A stretch of DNA of 64,000 nt, from NCBI GenBank assembly GCA_951406725.2, contig OX597823.1, positions 97,588,001-97,652,000 of the forward strand, read 5' to 3'. The DNA is from Octopus vulgaris (Eukaryota). Position numbers and translations under genes: made by a program. Below the pieces are notes generated by a model. The model had not been told where the DNA came from. It searched no databases and was given only the letters and a program-made list of their open reading frames with translations. Within the stretch, counting starts at the first letter, position 1. The number at the start of each line of letters is the position of its first letter. Below are positions 24,016 through 36,868 of the stretch, piece after piece.

Positions 24016-24689
24016 CTGTCAAAATATGTTATTCTAGTCAGTTAAAATATCAACAGGAACAGAAGAAAGAGACTATTCAGTTAGTCTGCCTATTTGTTGA
24101 TGTGTGTGTGTGTGTGTGTGTGATTTTTGAAGTCTATTTTCCATGTTGGCATTGGTTAAACGTGTGTGTGTGTATATATATGTGTGTGTGTGTGTGCATA
24201 CATACATACACACAATTATATTGATACAAATACGTGCACGCTTGTGTGTGTGTCTTTGTAGGTGAACACAGTGTAAACTAGAAGAGTGTTCAATACAGAT
24301 GTTATATCATATTTACTGGAAGCTAAAAGCTTCATGGATCATTATTCTTGCTTCCATTTTAAAGATGATAATGATGAACAGAACAAGGAAAGAAACCATA
24401 CATAAGCAAGAAAAAAGCATGCACACAATTACATTGTATATAAAACATTAAAAATGCAAACTGCTCAAGGAAATTAACAATAAAATATAAAATGTTTAAT
24501 GCTGCTGATAATGAATCATTATGATAAAGCTCATCATCATTGTTTCACATAAGTTTTCCATTGGACAGGTCATGGCAGTTCAAGTCAGCTCCTATTTAGA
24601 GTTACTTCATTTCTAGAGAAATCAGAAGACCATGTCTTGCTCATATGTTTTCATTTTTAGCTTTTTTTCTATGGCTATAAATGTACGTG

Positions 24690-24882
24690 AAATGCGTAGC
24701 TGTATTTCGTCTACCGTTACATTCTGAGTTCAAATTCCGCCAAGGTCGATTTTGCCTTTCATCCTTTTGGGGTCGATAAATAAAGTACCAGTTACGCACT
24801 GGGGTCAATGTAATCAACTTAATCCCTTTGTCTGTCTTTGTTTGTCCCCTCTATGTTTAGCCCCTTGTGGGCAATAAAGAAA
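24690..24882 (+). mobile_element. SINE family B
   Basis: Family B core and tail ccccttgtgggcaataaagaaata, as at 4415-4640. Confidence 0.82.
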
Positions 24883-24925
24883 TATATAAAAGTACATTTC
24901 ATTTCCAACTTGATTTACATATATA

Positions 24926-25795
24926 CGAGATCTGATAAAAAGTATTTGGACTGTTGCCATAGTTACAAAGTTAAAGCATGCAGAGTGAAGCAGCTTAGCA
25001 CAGATTGACCTTGAACTCTGTTGTACATGCACACTAAGTTTTAACATTCTAGCTCACAGCAATGCTTGGTAGGAAGGTGTGTAGCATGTGATCATCACAT
25101 TGACCATGACAGAGTAAGTTGCCATGGTGATACCTGATCAGGGGCCTACGCAAAGTTACAGAAAGTGTATGGAGAGGAGTGTATGAACCACACACAAGTG
25201 TACAAGTGGTTCAGATGTTTCCAAGATGGCCAAAAATGTTGATATTGATGAATGTTCTGAGAGACCCGCAACCAGCATAATTGAGAAAAACATTGCAGAT
25301 ATGTGTGCAGCTGAGTGGGGAACTTGTTGAATCACCAGTTGTGAGTTATCAGAGGATGTGCAGATTAGTTACGGTTCACTTGAGTCTATTATCACTGAAG
25401 ATTTGGATATGAGACATGTGTCTGCCAAGTTTGTACCAAAACTGTTTTCAGCTGACCAAATGGACACTGAGGTTTCAGTTGCACAAGATCTCTCTGATTG
25501 TGTCAAGAACAATGAAAACTTTTTGTGTAGGCCTCTGAGTAGGTATCACCAAACTTTTGACAAAATTTGATGCAGATTCTCTACTCAACTTTGTCTGTCA
25601 TGGTCAATGCGACGATCATACACTACACACTTTCCTTCCAAGCACTGTTGTAAACAGCAGAAGTGAGATAGAATTTTAAAACTTAGTGCTCATGCACAGC
25701 AGAGTTCAAGGTCAATCTTTGCCAAGCAGCTTAACTCTCCATGATTTAGCTTCATTTCTATAGCAACAGTCTGGATACTTATTGATCAGACCACA
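24926..25795 (+). mobile_element. Non-autonomous mariner with long (>120 bp) TIRs
   Basis: ta-cgagatctgataaaaagtat... / ...atacttattgatcagaccaca-ta. Internal transposase N-terminal piece ISYGSLESIITEDLDMRHVSAKFVPKL. Confidence 0.87.
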
Positions 25796-25836
25796 TATAT
25801 TTATCTATATGTATACATACTAATATATAAATATAT

Positions 25837-26412
25837 AATATAATTATATATTAGTATAAATTGTTACCTATATGGTTTTATTACATGCTGGTCACTTAAT
25901 AAAATCATTAAAATGATTTATCTTTAATTTTGTATAAATACATATTTTTACTCCTGATCAAATTACATTCACTGTGATATCATTTTGATTGTAAAAGCAT
26001 GTGGTTGAGATATTAAACAATTAGATTTAACTAGTGTATACTTGTATGTATATAATCATGCGGATAAATGTTGTTCGTACGGGTATGTATAAATATTTGC
26101 ATTTATATACTATGGGCATATTGTACTGATGACAACAAAGGATTTCACAACCCTAAGCCAGAAATTGATCTACAATTAATCGCTTTTAAAAAATTTTATT
26201 CATTTATTCATCTGCCCGCTTACAACCTGTGCTAACAGAGTGTAGAGGTGGTTTTTAGAGCCATTTGGCATCTATTTCTAGCATGTTGGTGGGGTTTATC
26301 CACACCCTTTAATATAATTATATAATAGTATAAATTGTTATCTGTACGTTTTCATTACATGCTGGCCACTAGATAAAATTACTAAAATGGTTTTATCCTT
26401 AATTTTGTGTAC

Positions 26413-26415
<3 letters not shown>
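25837..26415 (+). mobile_element. ~474-bp unit bounded by ~100-bp imperfect direct repeats, carrying a hammerhead motif (PLE pLTR / retrozyme-like)
   Basis: 25837-25940 resembles 26311-26415. Hammerhead motif at 26120-26176. Confidence 0.6.
26120..26176 (+). ncRNA. Degenerate minimal type I hammerhead ribozyme motif
   Basis: ATTGTA-CTGATGA-[28-nt decayed stem II]-GAAA-TTGATC-TACAAT. Stem I is perfect, both core boxes are present, and the cleavage triplet is AUC. Confidence 0.65.
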
Positions 26416-26459
<44 letters not shown>

Positions 26460-26965
26460 AACACACACACAGAGTGGTGAGAGACAAATGGATAGTTCAA
26501 AACATCACTACACACAGTTCAATAGTGTGGTTTATTCTCAAATATGAAATCCTTAACATATTAGATAACATAACATAAATTCGTATTGTTATGTAACCAC
26601 TCCATTTCATCAGGTGATATTCTGCCAAATAATTTGGCAAAATATGAGGGAAGAGATTTCTATAACCAAACAGAATGAAACAAGAATTTTCAACAAAGGC
26701 TGGAGATATTAAATTCAGTGACTAACCAAAGCAACACAATTCCAAAAGCAACTAAAGTAATCTATGCTTATCCTGGAGGGGAGTGCTCAAATGGCCATAT
26801 TCAATTCAGCTAAGAGAGATCTACAACTATTTAATCTGCATGGACCACTATACTGACCAGCTGAATCACCTGGAATATTTTCTTTCAGAATAATCTGTTT
26901 AGGAAAAGACATTGTGATGCTTCTAAGTTAATTTGCCAAGATCTATATGATCCCCTCTGTATTAC

Positions 26966-27003
<38 letters not shown>

Positions 27004-27051
27004 TATTAAATTTCTAAGTATATCTCAGAGAGATATGAGTGGTGGTGGAAC

Positions 27052-27426
27052 GATAGAGCGGTTGCATACTATCAACTTAATGTGACAGTCTCATAGAGGG
27101 AATTACACCACCGTTATTTATCCCTAGGAAGCAACAATGCAAATATGTCAGCCTTGACACATTTCCTGTGTCTTTATGTTTACAAAGGGGAGACAAGCAC
27201 CCCCAACAGCTAGGCCTGCATCCAGAGACATATTTCTGAGTCTTGCTCGTCGTCAGTCTGGAGTAGCATGGCCTGCTAGCTGAAGATACCTGTCTAGGCT
27301 TTGTAAGGACACAGGAAATGTGTCAAGGCCGACAGGAAGCGTTGATGCTTCCTAGGGCTAAATAGCGGTGGTGTAATTCCCTCTATGGGACTGTCACGTT
27401 AAGTTGACAGTATACAACTGCTCTAT
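27052..27426. mobile_element. Foldback element with ~120-bp imperfect inverted arms and a hammerhead-bearing centre
   Basis: atagagcggttgcatactatcaacttaa...ttgacacatttcctgtgtc pairs with gacacaggaaatgtgtcaa...ttaagttgacagtatacaactgctctat. Confidence 0.88.
27207..27282 (-). ncRNA. Minimal type I hammerhead ribozyme motif
   Basis: Minus strand reads TCCAGA-CTGACGA-cGAG caaga CTCa-GAAA-TATGTC-TCTGGA. Stem I extends as cagctag..aggcc.atgc / gca.ggcctagctg. Predicted cut after GUC, between 27227 and 27226. Confidence 0.75.
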
Positions 27427-28233
27427 ATATATATACACACACACACACACATACATACATACACACACACAGGTGCGCGCACGCACACACACACACACAC
27501 AGAGGCTTATATATTTTTCAAGACATGTCACAGGACTATGGTTAACTAGGTATATTTCATTTTGGCATAGCTTCTATTGCTGGATGCCCTTTCTAATACT
27601 AATCATCATAAAGAGACACTAGGTTCAATTTCTAATAACACCATTACTAGACAAGTTGTCTTGTTTTTAACAAAAGTGTCTTCCCTACTTTATGGTGTCT
27701 CAGCTCATTCACCAGCCACTTCACACAGTGTACTGTTTGCCTTGTATTGTGACACCAGCACTGCAAAACAAAACAGCCTTCTCTAAATGAAGTTGTGGCT
27801 GTTCATTCAAAATATACATGACCAAGAGAGTAAATAAAAAAAAATATGTATATGAATGTGATTTGTTAGACAGAGTGAAATTTTGAAAGTGTGGACTATA
27901 AAAACTTGTGAATAAAGTATGCATTCAATTAGATTGCAAAGCAATTAAACTGTAAACGGAATATAACAATGCAAAATCATGTAAGAAAGTTATGTATAAG
28001 CATATATTTCTATATATGAAGAGCTTTTTTGTTGCTAGCAGTACAGAAAACAAACATCATTGTCATCGTTGAACAGCCACTTTTCCATGTTTGCATGGGT
28101 TGGACGGTGTTTATTTCAGGCAGATTTTTCTATGACCAGATACTTTTCCTGATTCCAAGCAAGGTAATATTGGAAATAAATGACACTGAATATTGGACAT
28201 TCATTTCCACCTTTAAATGATGTCAAGACAAGG

Positions 28234-28274
<41 letters not shown>

Positions 28275-28293
<19 letters not shown>

Positions 28294-28462
28294 CATGCTT
28301 CTTTCAGTTTCAGTCCAAATCCACTCACACAACTTTGGTCATCCCAGTCCATGGCTATCATAGAAGACACTTGACCATTGACCAAGGTGCAACGTAGTGG
28401 GATTGAAACTAAAACTATGTGGTTGGGAACCAAACTTCTTACCATACACCCACACCTGCACC
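28275..28462 (-). mobile_element. SINE family A (head and core)
   Basis: Homologous to the family A head. Confidence 0.7.
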
Positions 28463-28599
28463 TAAAAAAAGGCAAAGGTCTGATACTGTACAGCAAAATC
28501 AAATAAATACATTATGGTATTATCAATAAGACAGCTTATAATGGTACTTGGTGGAGGGATTTACACCAAAGTTCAAATTTTAAGTTCAAGTCATATGAA

Positions 28600-30060
28600 C
28601 ACTGGGACTGAATGAGAAGCTTTTCCCATAGACATGGCTGACAACAAAGCTTCAGCCTGGAACTTCTATGGCAATAGAAAGGGGCTCAATCCAAGACTGA
28701 TAAATTGATATCGAATGTATGATGCTTTTTCTCGAAGCAAATATATTTCTGAAATCGGTTACAAATTTTCTTTCTGGCTGACGAAAAGCCAATCTGATAA
28801 ATCCAAGTTTGGAAATTACGTTCAGTCAATCTAATGTAAAATTATTACCTTAGTGCAATACAATAATAATTTTGCCAGGAAATTATGATCATGAAGGCAA
28901 TTTTCCAATATTTTTTAACTTGTAAAGGAATAAGCAAAGTTTTTACATGCAGAATAGTTCACTTTAATGTGATTTCAGTTGAAGATTTTATGATACTTTG
29001 TGATTTATTTGAAAATGATAAGAGATCAAGCCAAGAAACTCTTTTGCTATGTTAGATTTCACATTTAAGCTGAACACAGGGTTATATCACAGAATTTTAC
29101 ATCTCCTGTTCCTGCACTTCAAGGTATTAGATCCTGGTGGATATTGTATCTTCTCAAAGAATTCTTTGTTTTTGAGGGCTGTGTTATAATAGTGAGAGAC
29201 ACTTATGAATGTGGATTTATCTGCAAGTAAAGACGATATACACACAGACTAATGCTAGAGACTAAATTATACAAAATTCTAAGTGTATGGTGAGAACTCT
29301 TATTTCTCTAACAATTTGTTATTAAGCATATTCTGTAGTTTAAGCCTATTTGTATAAAGATCCAGGATGATGTCTAAAAACATTGACATTATTAAAATTA
29401 GTGTCTTCAGTAATACATAATCTTAATTCACTAAATAGCTTTATTAGTTTCTTTCTAAATGTTTCTAGGCCATGTCTATTGATATATCTCAAAATGAATA
29501 ATCCATCATCTCTATAAATACCTCTAACAGTAGGAAATTTTTTATGTAGAAGGTTTAGGATATAGATGCCTATAAGATAATACAACTGAGCCCCATAATA
29601 TGAATGTCAAATAGTTCACTTCCAATTTTCTTGACCCAGATGGAATTATCAAACAACAGTACAAAACATTCTCACATACACTATATAAATATTGGACTCA
29701 CTAATCTTAGCGTTTATGAAGTCCAAAACTTTGAAAAAAGCCTTAGAGATTGTAAGATAAAAGAATGATGTAAAACTGAGTGCATTTACAATTTTGTTTA
29801 TCATGGAACCCTTGAAACCATTCTGAACTGATGCCCCCTAAAGGGGGGAAAGGATAATTGCATTTTTTACTCTAAGAATATTTGCTCATCAACTATTCCT
29901 AATCCAAGGTTTGTTAAGTTAACTAACGTCCATTTGGAGTTCATAATGAAACTTAGCTTGTGATCTTAAAACACAATATATACACTGAGTGGATGTGGGG
30001 GTGGTTAGGTAGTCAACACTGCCATCTATACTAAGTTTAGCAGCAAATTCTATATCAATG
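28600..30060 (-). mobile_element. Decayed Penelope-like element (RT plus GIY-YIG endonuclease)
   Basis: RT motif GIYRDDGLFI..ETFRKKLIKLF (ORF 29346-29585). Downstream pieces LAKLLLYCTKV and YIRLTERNFQT resemble the PLE GIY-YIG region. Many stops and frameshifts. Confidence 0.75.
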
Positions 30061-30149
30061 TTTGTGTCAGCTCTGGTTTTTTCGTTTTATATATATATAT
30101 ATATATTATTATTATTAGTTATATTATAGATAAAAGCTTGCTCTCATTC

Positions 30150-31380
30150 CCCATACACACATGCGTGCATGTCTCAAAGAAATACTAGGTGACATGGCAT
30201 GTTAAGGAGGAAAAGACAGGGATCTATAGCAAAAAGGGCAATTGGAAGTTTCTAGGACATAACCTGCTATAAACAACAGACCAGATCTGTGGATGGTACA
30301 AGGTTCTAGCCAGACATAAAGGGATATGGTGATGAGATGGTACATGAAATAGAGCCATAACAGCTAAGAGGCAAGCCTGGAAAGACTGGGGTAAAAGAGG
30401 GAGCATAGAACAATATTAGGATGCTATAAGGAAAGCTAAATATCAGATGTATGAAAATGAGAAGCTGAAAGTTTTGGAGGTCTACTAAAGTTGTATACTA
30501 AGAGTATAGAAGGCCTGAGGTGTTCTGGATAGAAAAGCAGTGCATCAGTGTGAATTGAAGGGAAAAGTAGATGAAAAGAAAAGCATGTACAAAATGATAA
30601 CACACTTGCTGTCACTAACTGTGAGAAGAAAGAGACTAAAAAATTTTACTAGAAGTGTTTGTTGAATGAAAAGATTGTGTAGGAGAAAGAAGGATTACCA
30701 CAAGAAAACCCAAAAGCGGAAGGTTGAGAGTTATATGGTTGATAACTATATGAAGATAAACAGCTTTTGAGTCATGTAAGCCATGTAAAGAGGTGTTGTT
30801 AGCAAGGAAAGAATTGGCAACAAGTTCAATGAGGAAGTTAGCTTGTGGGTAAGTGTCTATCAGAACTCAGATCTCAGGTCCCTCATTTTTTTATATATTT
30901 CTGGAGGGCATAACAGATTAGAAGTGGCCATGCTCAATATGAAGTAAATGGATGGGTAGAAATTTCATATTGTGTACCTAATGTAAACTATGGGTACACA
31001 AAAGATGCAATGAGATCTCAGGCAAAAGAGTAGACTTTGTATGTAGCAGAGGTACAAGTACAGTTTGCAGTTAAGACCATCTGTGAAATAAATCAATTTT
31101 CAAATACTTGAAAGGCTCCATAAAAGTAGTTGATGGCGTCTGTTCCCAAGATGACAGACAGAATAAGATCAAAATGGAAAAGTTCAGGGAACCATAAGTT
31201 CAGCTGACAACAAAAAAGATTCTCCCCCTAAGTGAAGATCAGATTATATACTTCCAGTATATGGTGTGCAATTTTGCATGATGGAGAAACATCAGCTTTG
31301 AATACAAATGATGTGCAAAGGCTGCAAAAAAATGGAGCAAGTAAACACCACTTATGTATAGTGCTAGTGTATACAAGTAA
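30150..31380 (+). mobile_element. Highly decayed RTE-like LINE fragment
   Basis: Patchy similarity to 49850-51150 and to the reverse complement of 54170-54860. Confidence 0.5.
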
Positions 31381-32436
31381 CATAGAATAGTGGAAGTGCA
31401 TGGCTTAGTGGTTAAGGTGTTGGACTCGTGATTGTAAGATTGTGGTTTCAATCTCTAGACCAGGCAATGTGTTGTGTTCGTCATTTCACATTACTCCAGT
31501 CCACTCAGCTGGCAGAAATGAGTAATCCTGTGATGGACCAGCATCCCATCCATGTGGGGAATATATACATCATGAAACTGGGAAACCAGCCCTTGTGAGT
31601 CGGTGTGACTCAAAAAGGTAACTTTACCTTACTTTTTTTAACTTAGAATAAATAAACTGAATTTAAGAAGAATCAAGAGAGAAACTGTTCTGGCATAGAT
31701 GTATCTAGGGGATGATAATTGGATAAAAAAAAGTATCAAGGAATTCCAGTGGAAAGAAGGAACCAACAGAAAAGGTAACTGAGGAAGAAATGGGAAGAAG
31801 TGGTGAAGGCTGACAAAGGACAGTGATAAGTAGCAAGACACTGTACTGGTGAAGACCTGTCCAAGTCATGCAAGCATAAAAAAATGTGTAGAAGTGATGA
31901 TGGTAATGGTGGCAGTGCTGGTAATGCTGATGGTGATGATGATCATGATGATGGTGATGTAATGATAAGACTATCAGATAGAAAAGCAAGTAAAGAATAT
32001 AAACTGATTATAGAGATGTATATTAAAAAGGGAAATAGTTTCCTTCCTTCCTTCCCCTCTCTCTCTCTCTCTTTCTCAGCAGCTGCTGCATCAGCAACAA
32101 TTGCATCCAACTTTTTATTACCTCTTTACCAATCAACATATACACTTATAATCATGTCTTTATGATCCTTTGATATTGCTTTCCCTGGCAGCTTACAACT
32201 TAGTACCTAAGAAGCTCTATCAACTTCTTTCTCTGGCTGTGTTTCAACTAATGCCTTACACGCCCTAATAAGTCATTCAACTGAAAATAAAAAGCTCATG
32301 TTCCTTAGCTTAGTCCTTTTCCCTGTAACCTTTTTTTATTAATACATAAAACTGTTGCTGCTGTTAAACCCCAGATTAGCTCTGATTGAACAGTTATATA
32401 TCCAGAACTGAATTGTGTGATTTATGAACTCTATTG

Positions 32437-32670
32437 TGGATGGTGGATGCCAGTGCCACCTTGACTGGCTTCTGTGCCGGTGGCACATAAAAGGCACCCA
32501 CTACACTCATGGAGTGGTTGGCGTTAGGAAGGGCATCCAGCTGTAGAAACATTGCCAGATCAGATTGGAGCCTGGTACAGCCTCCTGGTTCGCAGACCCA
32601 GGTCAAACCGTCCAACCCATGCTAGCATGGAAAACGGATGTTAAATGATGATGATGATGATGATGATGAT
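32437..32670 (+). mobile_element. SINE-like family C
   Basis: Family C body and (GAT)n tail. Confidence 0.83.
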
Positions 32671-33093
32671 TGTGTGATTTATGGGAGATTTGGCTTGATG
32701 TTTCTTTTTATTTGTAATTATGGAAATCCCAAGGTAAAATAATTGTCTAATAGACTGTGCAGCCAGGAGTTTACTTTATATAATTCATATAACCTTGATT
32801 AAACACAGAAACAACTATGTATCAAGTGCAACAGCCTGATTAGGTTTCAAATACTTGATATTCAGATTATTATTACTTTTTCAATTGTGGCAAGTAGTTT
32901 GCTATGGTAATAAATTGTCAATGGCTAGAACTTGCAACCCAGTTTAGTTTGTCTATTAGAATGGTTTCTGTTATAAAGCTAACACCCTGAATTAAGCCAG
33001 CAATGTTAAAACTTTATATAATCCTTTATTTTAAATTCATGGCACTTCAGGCCGAGGAGAATTATTTGCAAAACAAAGAAAGGCATCACTTAC

Positions 33094-33149
33094 CTATAGT
33101 GGAAGCTTGTTCTGGATCAAATGTATCATCAGTAAAACGTAGCAACAGA
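33094..33149 (-). CDS. RAB18: Rab18 exon 2 ((S)LLLRFTDDTFDPEQASTI(G))
   Basis: Acceptor ccttctctttcag, donor TAG/gtaagt. 56 nt, switch I / G2 region. Confidence 0.96.
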
Positions 33150-34139
33150 CTGAAAGAGAAGGAAAATTGTGGTTAGGAGAAAAATATTATAAATATGATC
33201 TTACAAAATTGAAGTGACTGTCTGTATGTGTCAGAAGTATAACACACATCAGCAGATCATCTAAGCAAAAGAAAGGAAGATTTGTAGTAAACTGGATAAT
33301 TATGATACAGAACATCTGAAGTGGATGAGACAAAGTGTCATACTTAAAGGTATAACATGACTGGTGAAACAGAAAACCTGTAGTGATCAATAAACAATAA
33401 TTATGATTTTGCAGGACAGTTAAATCTGCAATACTGTACTGACAATAAAAGCAGAGCAATTTTCATTGACTGGAAGTGAACACAATTGTATGACAGCATA
33501 ATTAGGGAGAAATGAGTTGAATATGGTTTTATAAATGTGGAACCTAAATATGAATGGAAACTAAGTAAAGACCAATTGAGAATGAGTTTACATATTAGAA
33601 ACATTGGTTAGTGGATTCAAATGTGTAATGATAATGATTGTTAGGAAATAACTTAGATTAGATTTTGGTTTGTTAACACTGACAAATAAGTTGAAATAAA
33701 ACACAGTCAACTGAAGACAGATCTGCCTAGCATATACCAGTTTCAAAAGTGAACTTTAAGACAATGAATGGAAAATAGAAAATTAAAAAAAAGATAAATG
33801 TTGGAAAAAATATGAGATTATTTTGAATACAATTATATAGAGAAAATACCATCGGTTTTAGTTTTAATAGATTGCAGATGTTAAAATAAACTGTCTACTA
33901 CCAATGTTTATTCAAAATTTGGCAGGATTACACTAAAATATAGGTACACAAAGAAGAGCAAAGATCAGCTAACTCAAAACAAACTGCCATGCAGTTATGT
34001 ACACAGGTCCAAAATATTTTCACAAAATCAAAACATTTGCAGGATAATCAAAGTTATTGTAAATGATCACCACCCTATCTTATTTTATATTTCATCTTTC
34101 TCTATTCACAAAAAGAAAAAAAAATCACTGGTATGTGTT

Positions 34140-34540
34140 ATAATAATGAAATTATTGTATACAGTGCTCAGGTGCACCACAACTTGTCAAAAGTGCATAT
34201 AAAGCATATGCAGTAATGTACAAATGTCTGGAAAGTGAACAGTGTATGAGTCAGATACATGCTTGCATGTGTATGGAGGTGAGAAAATCAGGTGTAGTGT
34301 TGGCGAATCTCAGGAAGCATGGAAGTTCTGAAGGATGCAGTGCTCCGACAACTAACAACTGATGCCGGCAGTTTGTTCAATACTTCAGCAACTCTTAGCA
34401 TGAAAAAATGTTTCCAAAGTCATGGGAGCTGTGTTGTTTTCTGACTTTATAAACATGTCCACGGGTGTTAGGTGGAGTTTGAAAAGGTGCTCAGAGTTAT
34501 TGTTTGTAAGATGGTTAATAATTTTATAAAGAACCAGATC
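34140..34540 (-). mobile_element. CR1/L2-type LINE 3' end
   Basis: Minus strand gives TRGHVYKVRKQH..FFMLRVAEVLNKLPASVV..SF, the typical CR1 ORF2 C-terminus, then a 3'UTR ending in (ATT). Confidence 0.75.
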
Positions 34541-34545
34541 TTATA

Positions 34546-34651
34546 GGCGCAGGAGTGGCTGTATGGTAAGTAGCTTGCTAACCAACCACAGTTGAACCGT
34601 CCAACCCATGCTAGCGCGGAAAACGGACATTAAACGATGATGATGATGATG

Positions 34652-34687
<36 letters not shown>

Positions 34688-34900
34688 TTGTGTGACTGTG
34701 TTTGTCCCCCTAGCATTGCTTGACAACCGATGCTGGTGTGTTTACGTCCCCATCACTTAGCGGTTCGGCAAAAGAGACTGATAGAATAAGTACTGGGCTT
34801 ACAAAGAATAAGTCCCGGGGTCGATTTGCTCGACTAAAGGCGGTGCTCCAGCATGGCTGCAGTCAAATGACTGAAACAAGTAAGAGAGTAAGAGAGAGAG
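34546..34900 (+). mobile_element. Chimeric SINE A whose core is replaced by a family C tail
   Basis: A head to ..ccaaccaca, then the C tail gttgaaccgtccaacccatgctagc..gatgatg, then the A 3' half. Confidence 0.75.
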
Positions 34901-35230
34901 TTATGTCACACACAAATGGTTTCTTTTCTTTTAAACTTTAATGAAGGAAAATTGTAGATCTTGACAGCAATACAAATGCCAACAGTGTCAGGCATAAGAA
35001 TCTGATAAAATATTTGCCAATGTGCTACATCCATTACTAATAATCTTCATTAAAAATTTCCTGATAGAACCAACCAACACAACACTGACAAAATTCCGTA
35101 GCATCCTCATTCTATCAGTAAAGTTCTGTCATTTCTCCCACACTTGTTCTTCTTCTTTACATTAATGACTTAGTAAATGCCAACTCTCGCTTCATGTACA
35201 CCTATATGGATGACATGGCACTTCAACCCT

Positions 35231-36868
35231 TTCTCTTACTCTCTCTCTTTTACTTGTTTCAATCATTTGACTGTGGCCATGCTGGAGCACTGCCTTTAGT
35301 TGAGCAAATCGACCCCAGGACTTATTCTTTGTAAGCCTAGTACTTATTCTATCGGTCTCTTTTGTCGAACCGCTAAGTTTCGGGGACGTAAACGCACCAG
35401 CATCAGTTGTCAAGCGATGTTGGGGGAGGGGACAAACACACACACACACACATATATATATATACAATGGGCTTCTTTCAGTTTCCATCTTCCAAATCCA
35501 CTCAAAGGCTTTGTTCAGCCCGAGGTTATAGTAGAAGACACTTGCCCAAGGTGCCACGCAGTGGAACTGAACCCGGAACCAAGTGGTTGGTAAGCAAGCT
35601 ACTTACCACACAGCCACTCTTAAGCCTATATCTCTATATAAAATTACGCAAATTACTGAATAGAGATCTCAAAAATCATCTCATAACAAAGAACTGGCAA
35701 TCTGGTCACTCCAAAACTACAAACAGTACACATAAAAAAATATCATTTATCTTTTACTTGTTTCACTCGTTAGACTGCACTCATGCAGGAGCACTGTCTT
35801 GAAGACTCTTTAGTCTAATGAATCAAACCTGCTACAGGTTTTTTTGTTAAGCCTTGTACTTATTCTATCAAACTCTTTTGCCAAACTGCTAAGTTATGGG
35901 GGACATAAACACAACCAACACTGATTATCAAGTCATGGTGGGGGACAAACAGACACAAACACACACACATATATATATGATGGGTATCTTTCAGTTTCCA
36001 TTTACCAAATCCACTCACAAGGCTTTAGTCAGCCCAAGGTTATAGCAGAAGACACTTGCCCAAGGTGCCACATAATAGGACTGAACCTGGAACCATGTGG
36101 TTGGGAAGCAAGCTTCTTATCACACAGCCACAAAACTACATTCATACTAAAAATAAACATGCAACTAAAACCTATGCTACATACAAATGTTAAATTCTAT
36201 AATCTCTGTTGAGCTCTCATAGCAAACACACCTATATTACAAAGCCAAAATTGCATCACAGAAAAATAGGTTCCTTTAAAAGTGGCACAAAATACTTCAT
36301 CCTCAAATCTGTTGATCTTTTACAAATTGTAATATTCATATTTGGAGGCCAATCACCTATGCTACATCATGGACATAAATATTATGCCCCTTAAATCAAG
36401 AGTGGGAAAATTTCATTCACAATCAAATTTGAGACCAGCTCTAATAAAGTCTCTAAAAACCCATAAAAAAATGTTGGAACCATCTTTTATCTTTTACTTG
36501 TTTCAGTCATTTGATTGCATCCATGCTGGGGCACCACCTTGAAGGGTTTCAGTTGAACAAATCGACCTGCTGATTTTTTTTTCCCTAAGCCTAGTACTTA
36601 TTCTATTGGTTATTTTTGCTGAACCGCTAAGTTATGGGGACATAAACACCCTAGCACTGATTATCAAGCGGTGGTGGAAGACAAACAAAGACACACCTAC
36701 ACACAAACACACACGCACATATATATGAGCTGCTTTCAGTTTCCAACTACCAAATACACTCACAAGGTTCAAGGCTATAGTAGAAGACACTTGCTCAAGG
36801 TGCCATGCAGTGAGACTAAACCAGGAGCTATGTGGTTGTGAATCAAGCTTCTTACCACACAGCTACAC
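35231..36868 (-). mobile_element. Three head-to-tail family A SINE copies (about 35231-35620, 35750-36131, 36487-36868)
   Basis: Each has the family A tail, core and head, at different levels of divergence. Confidence 0.82.
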
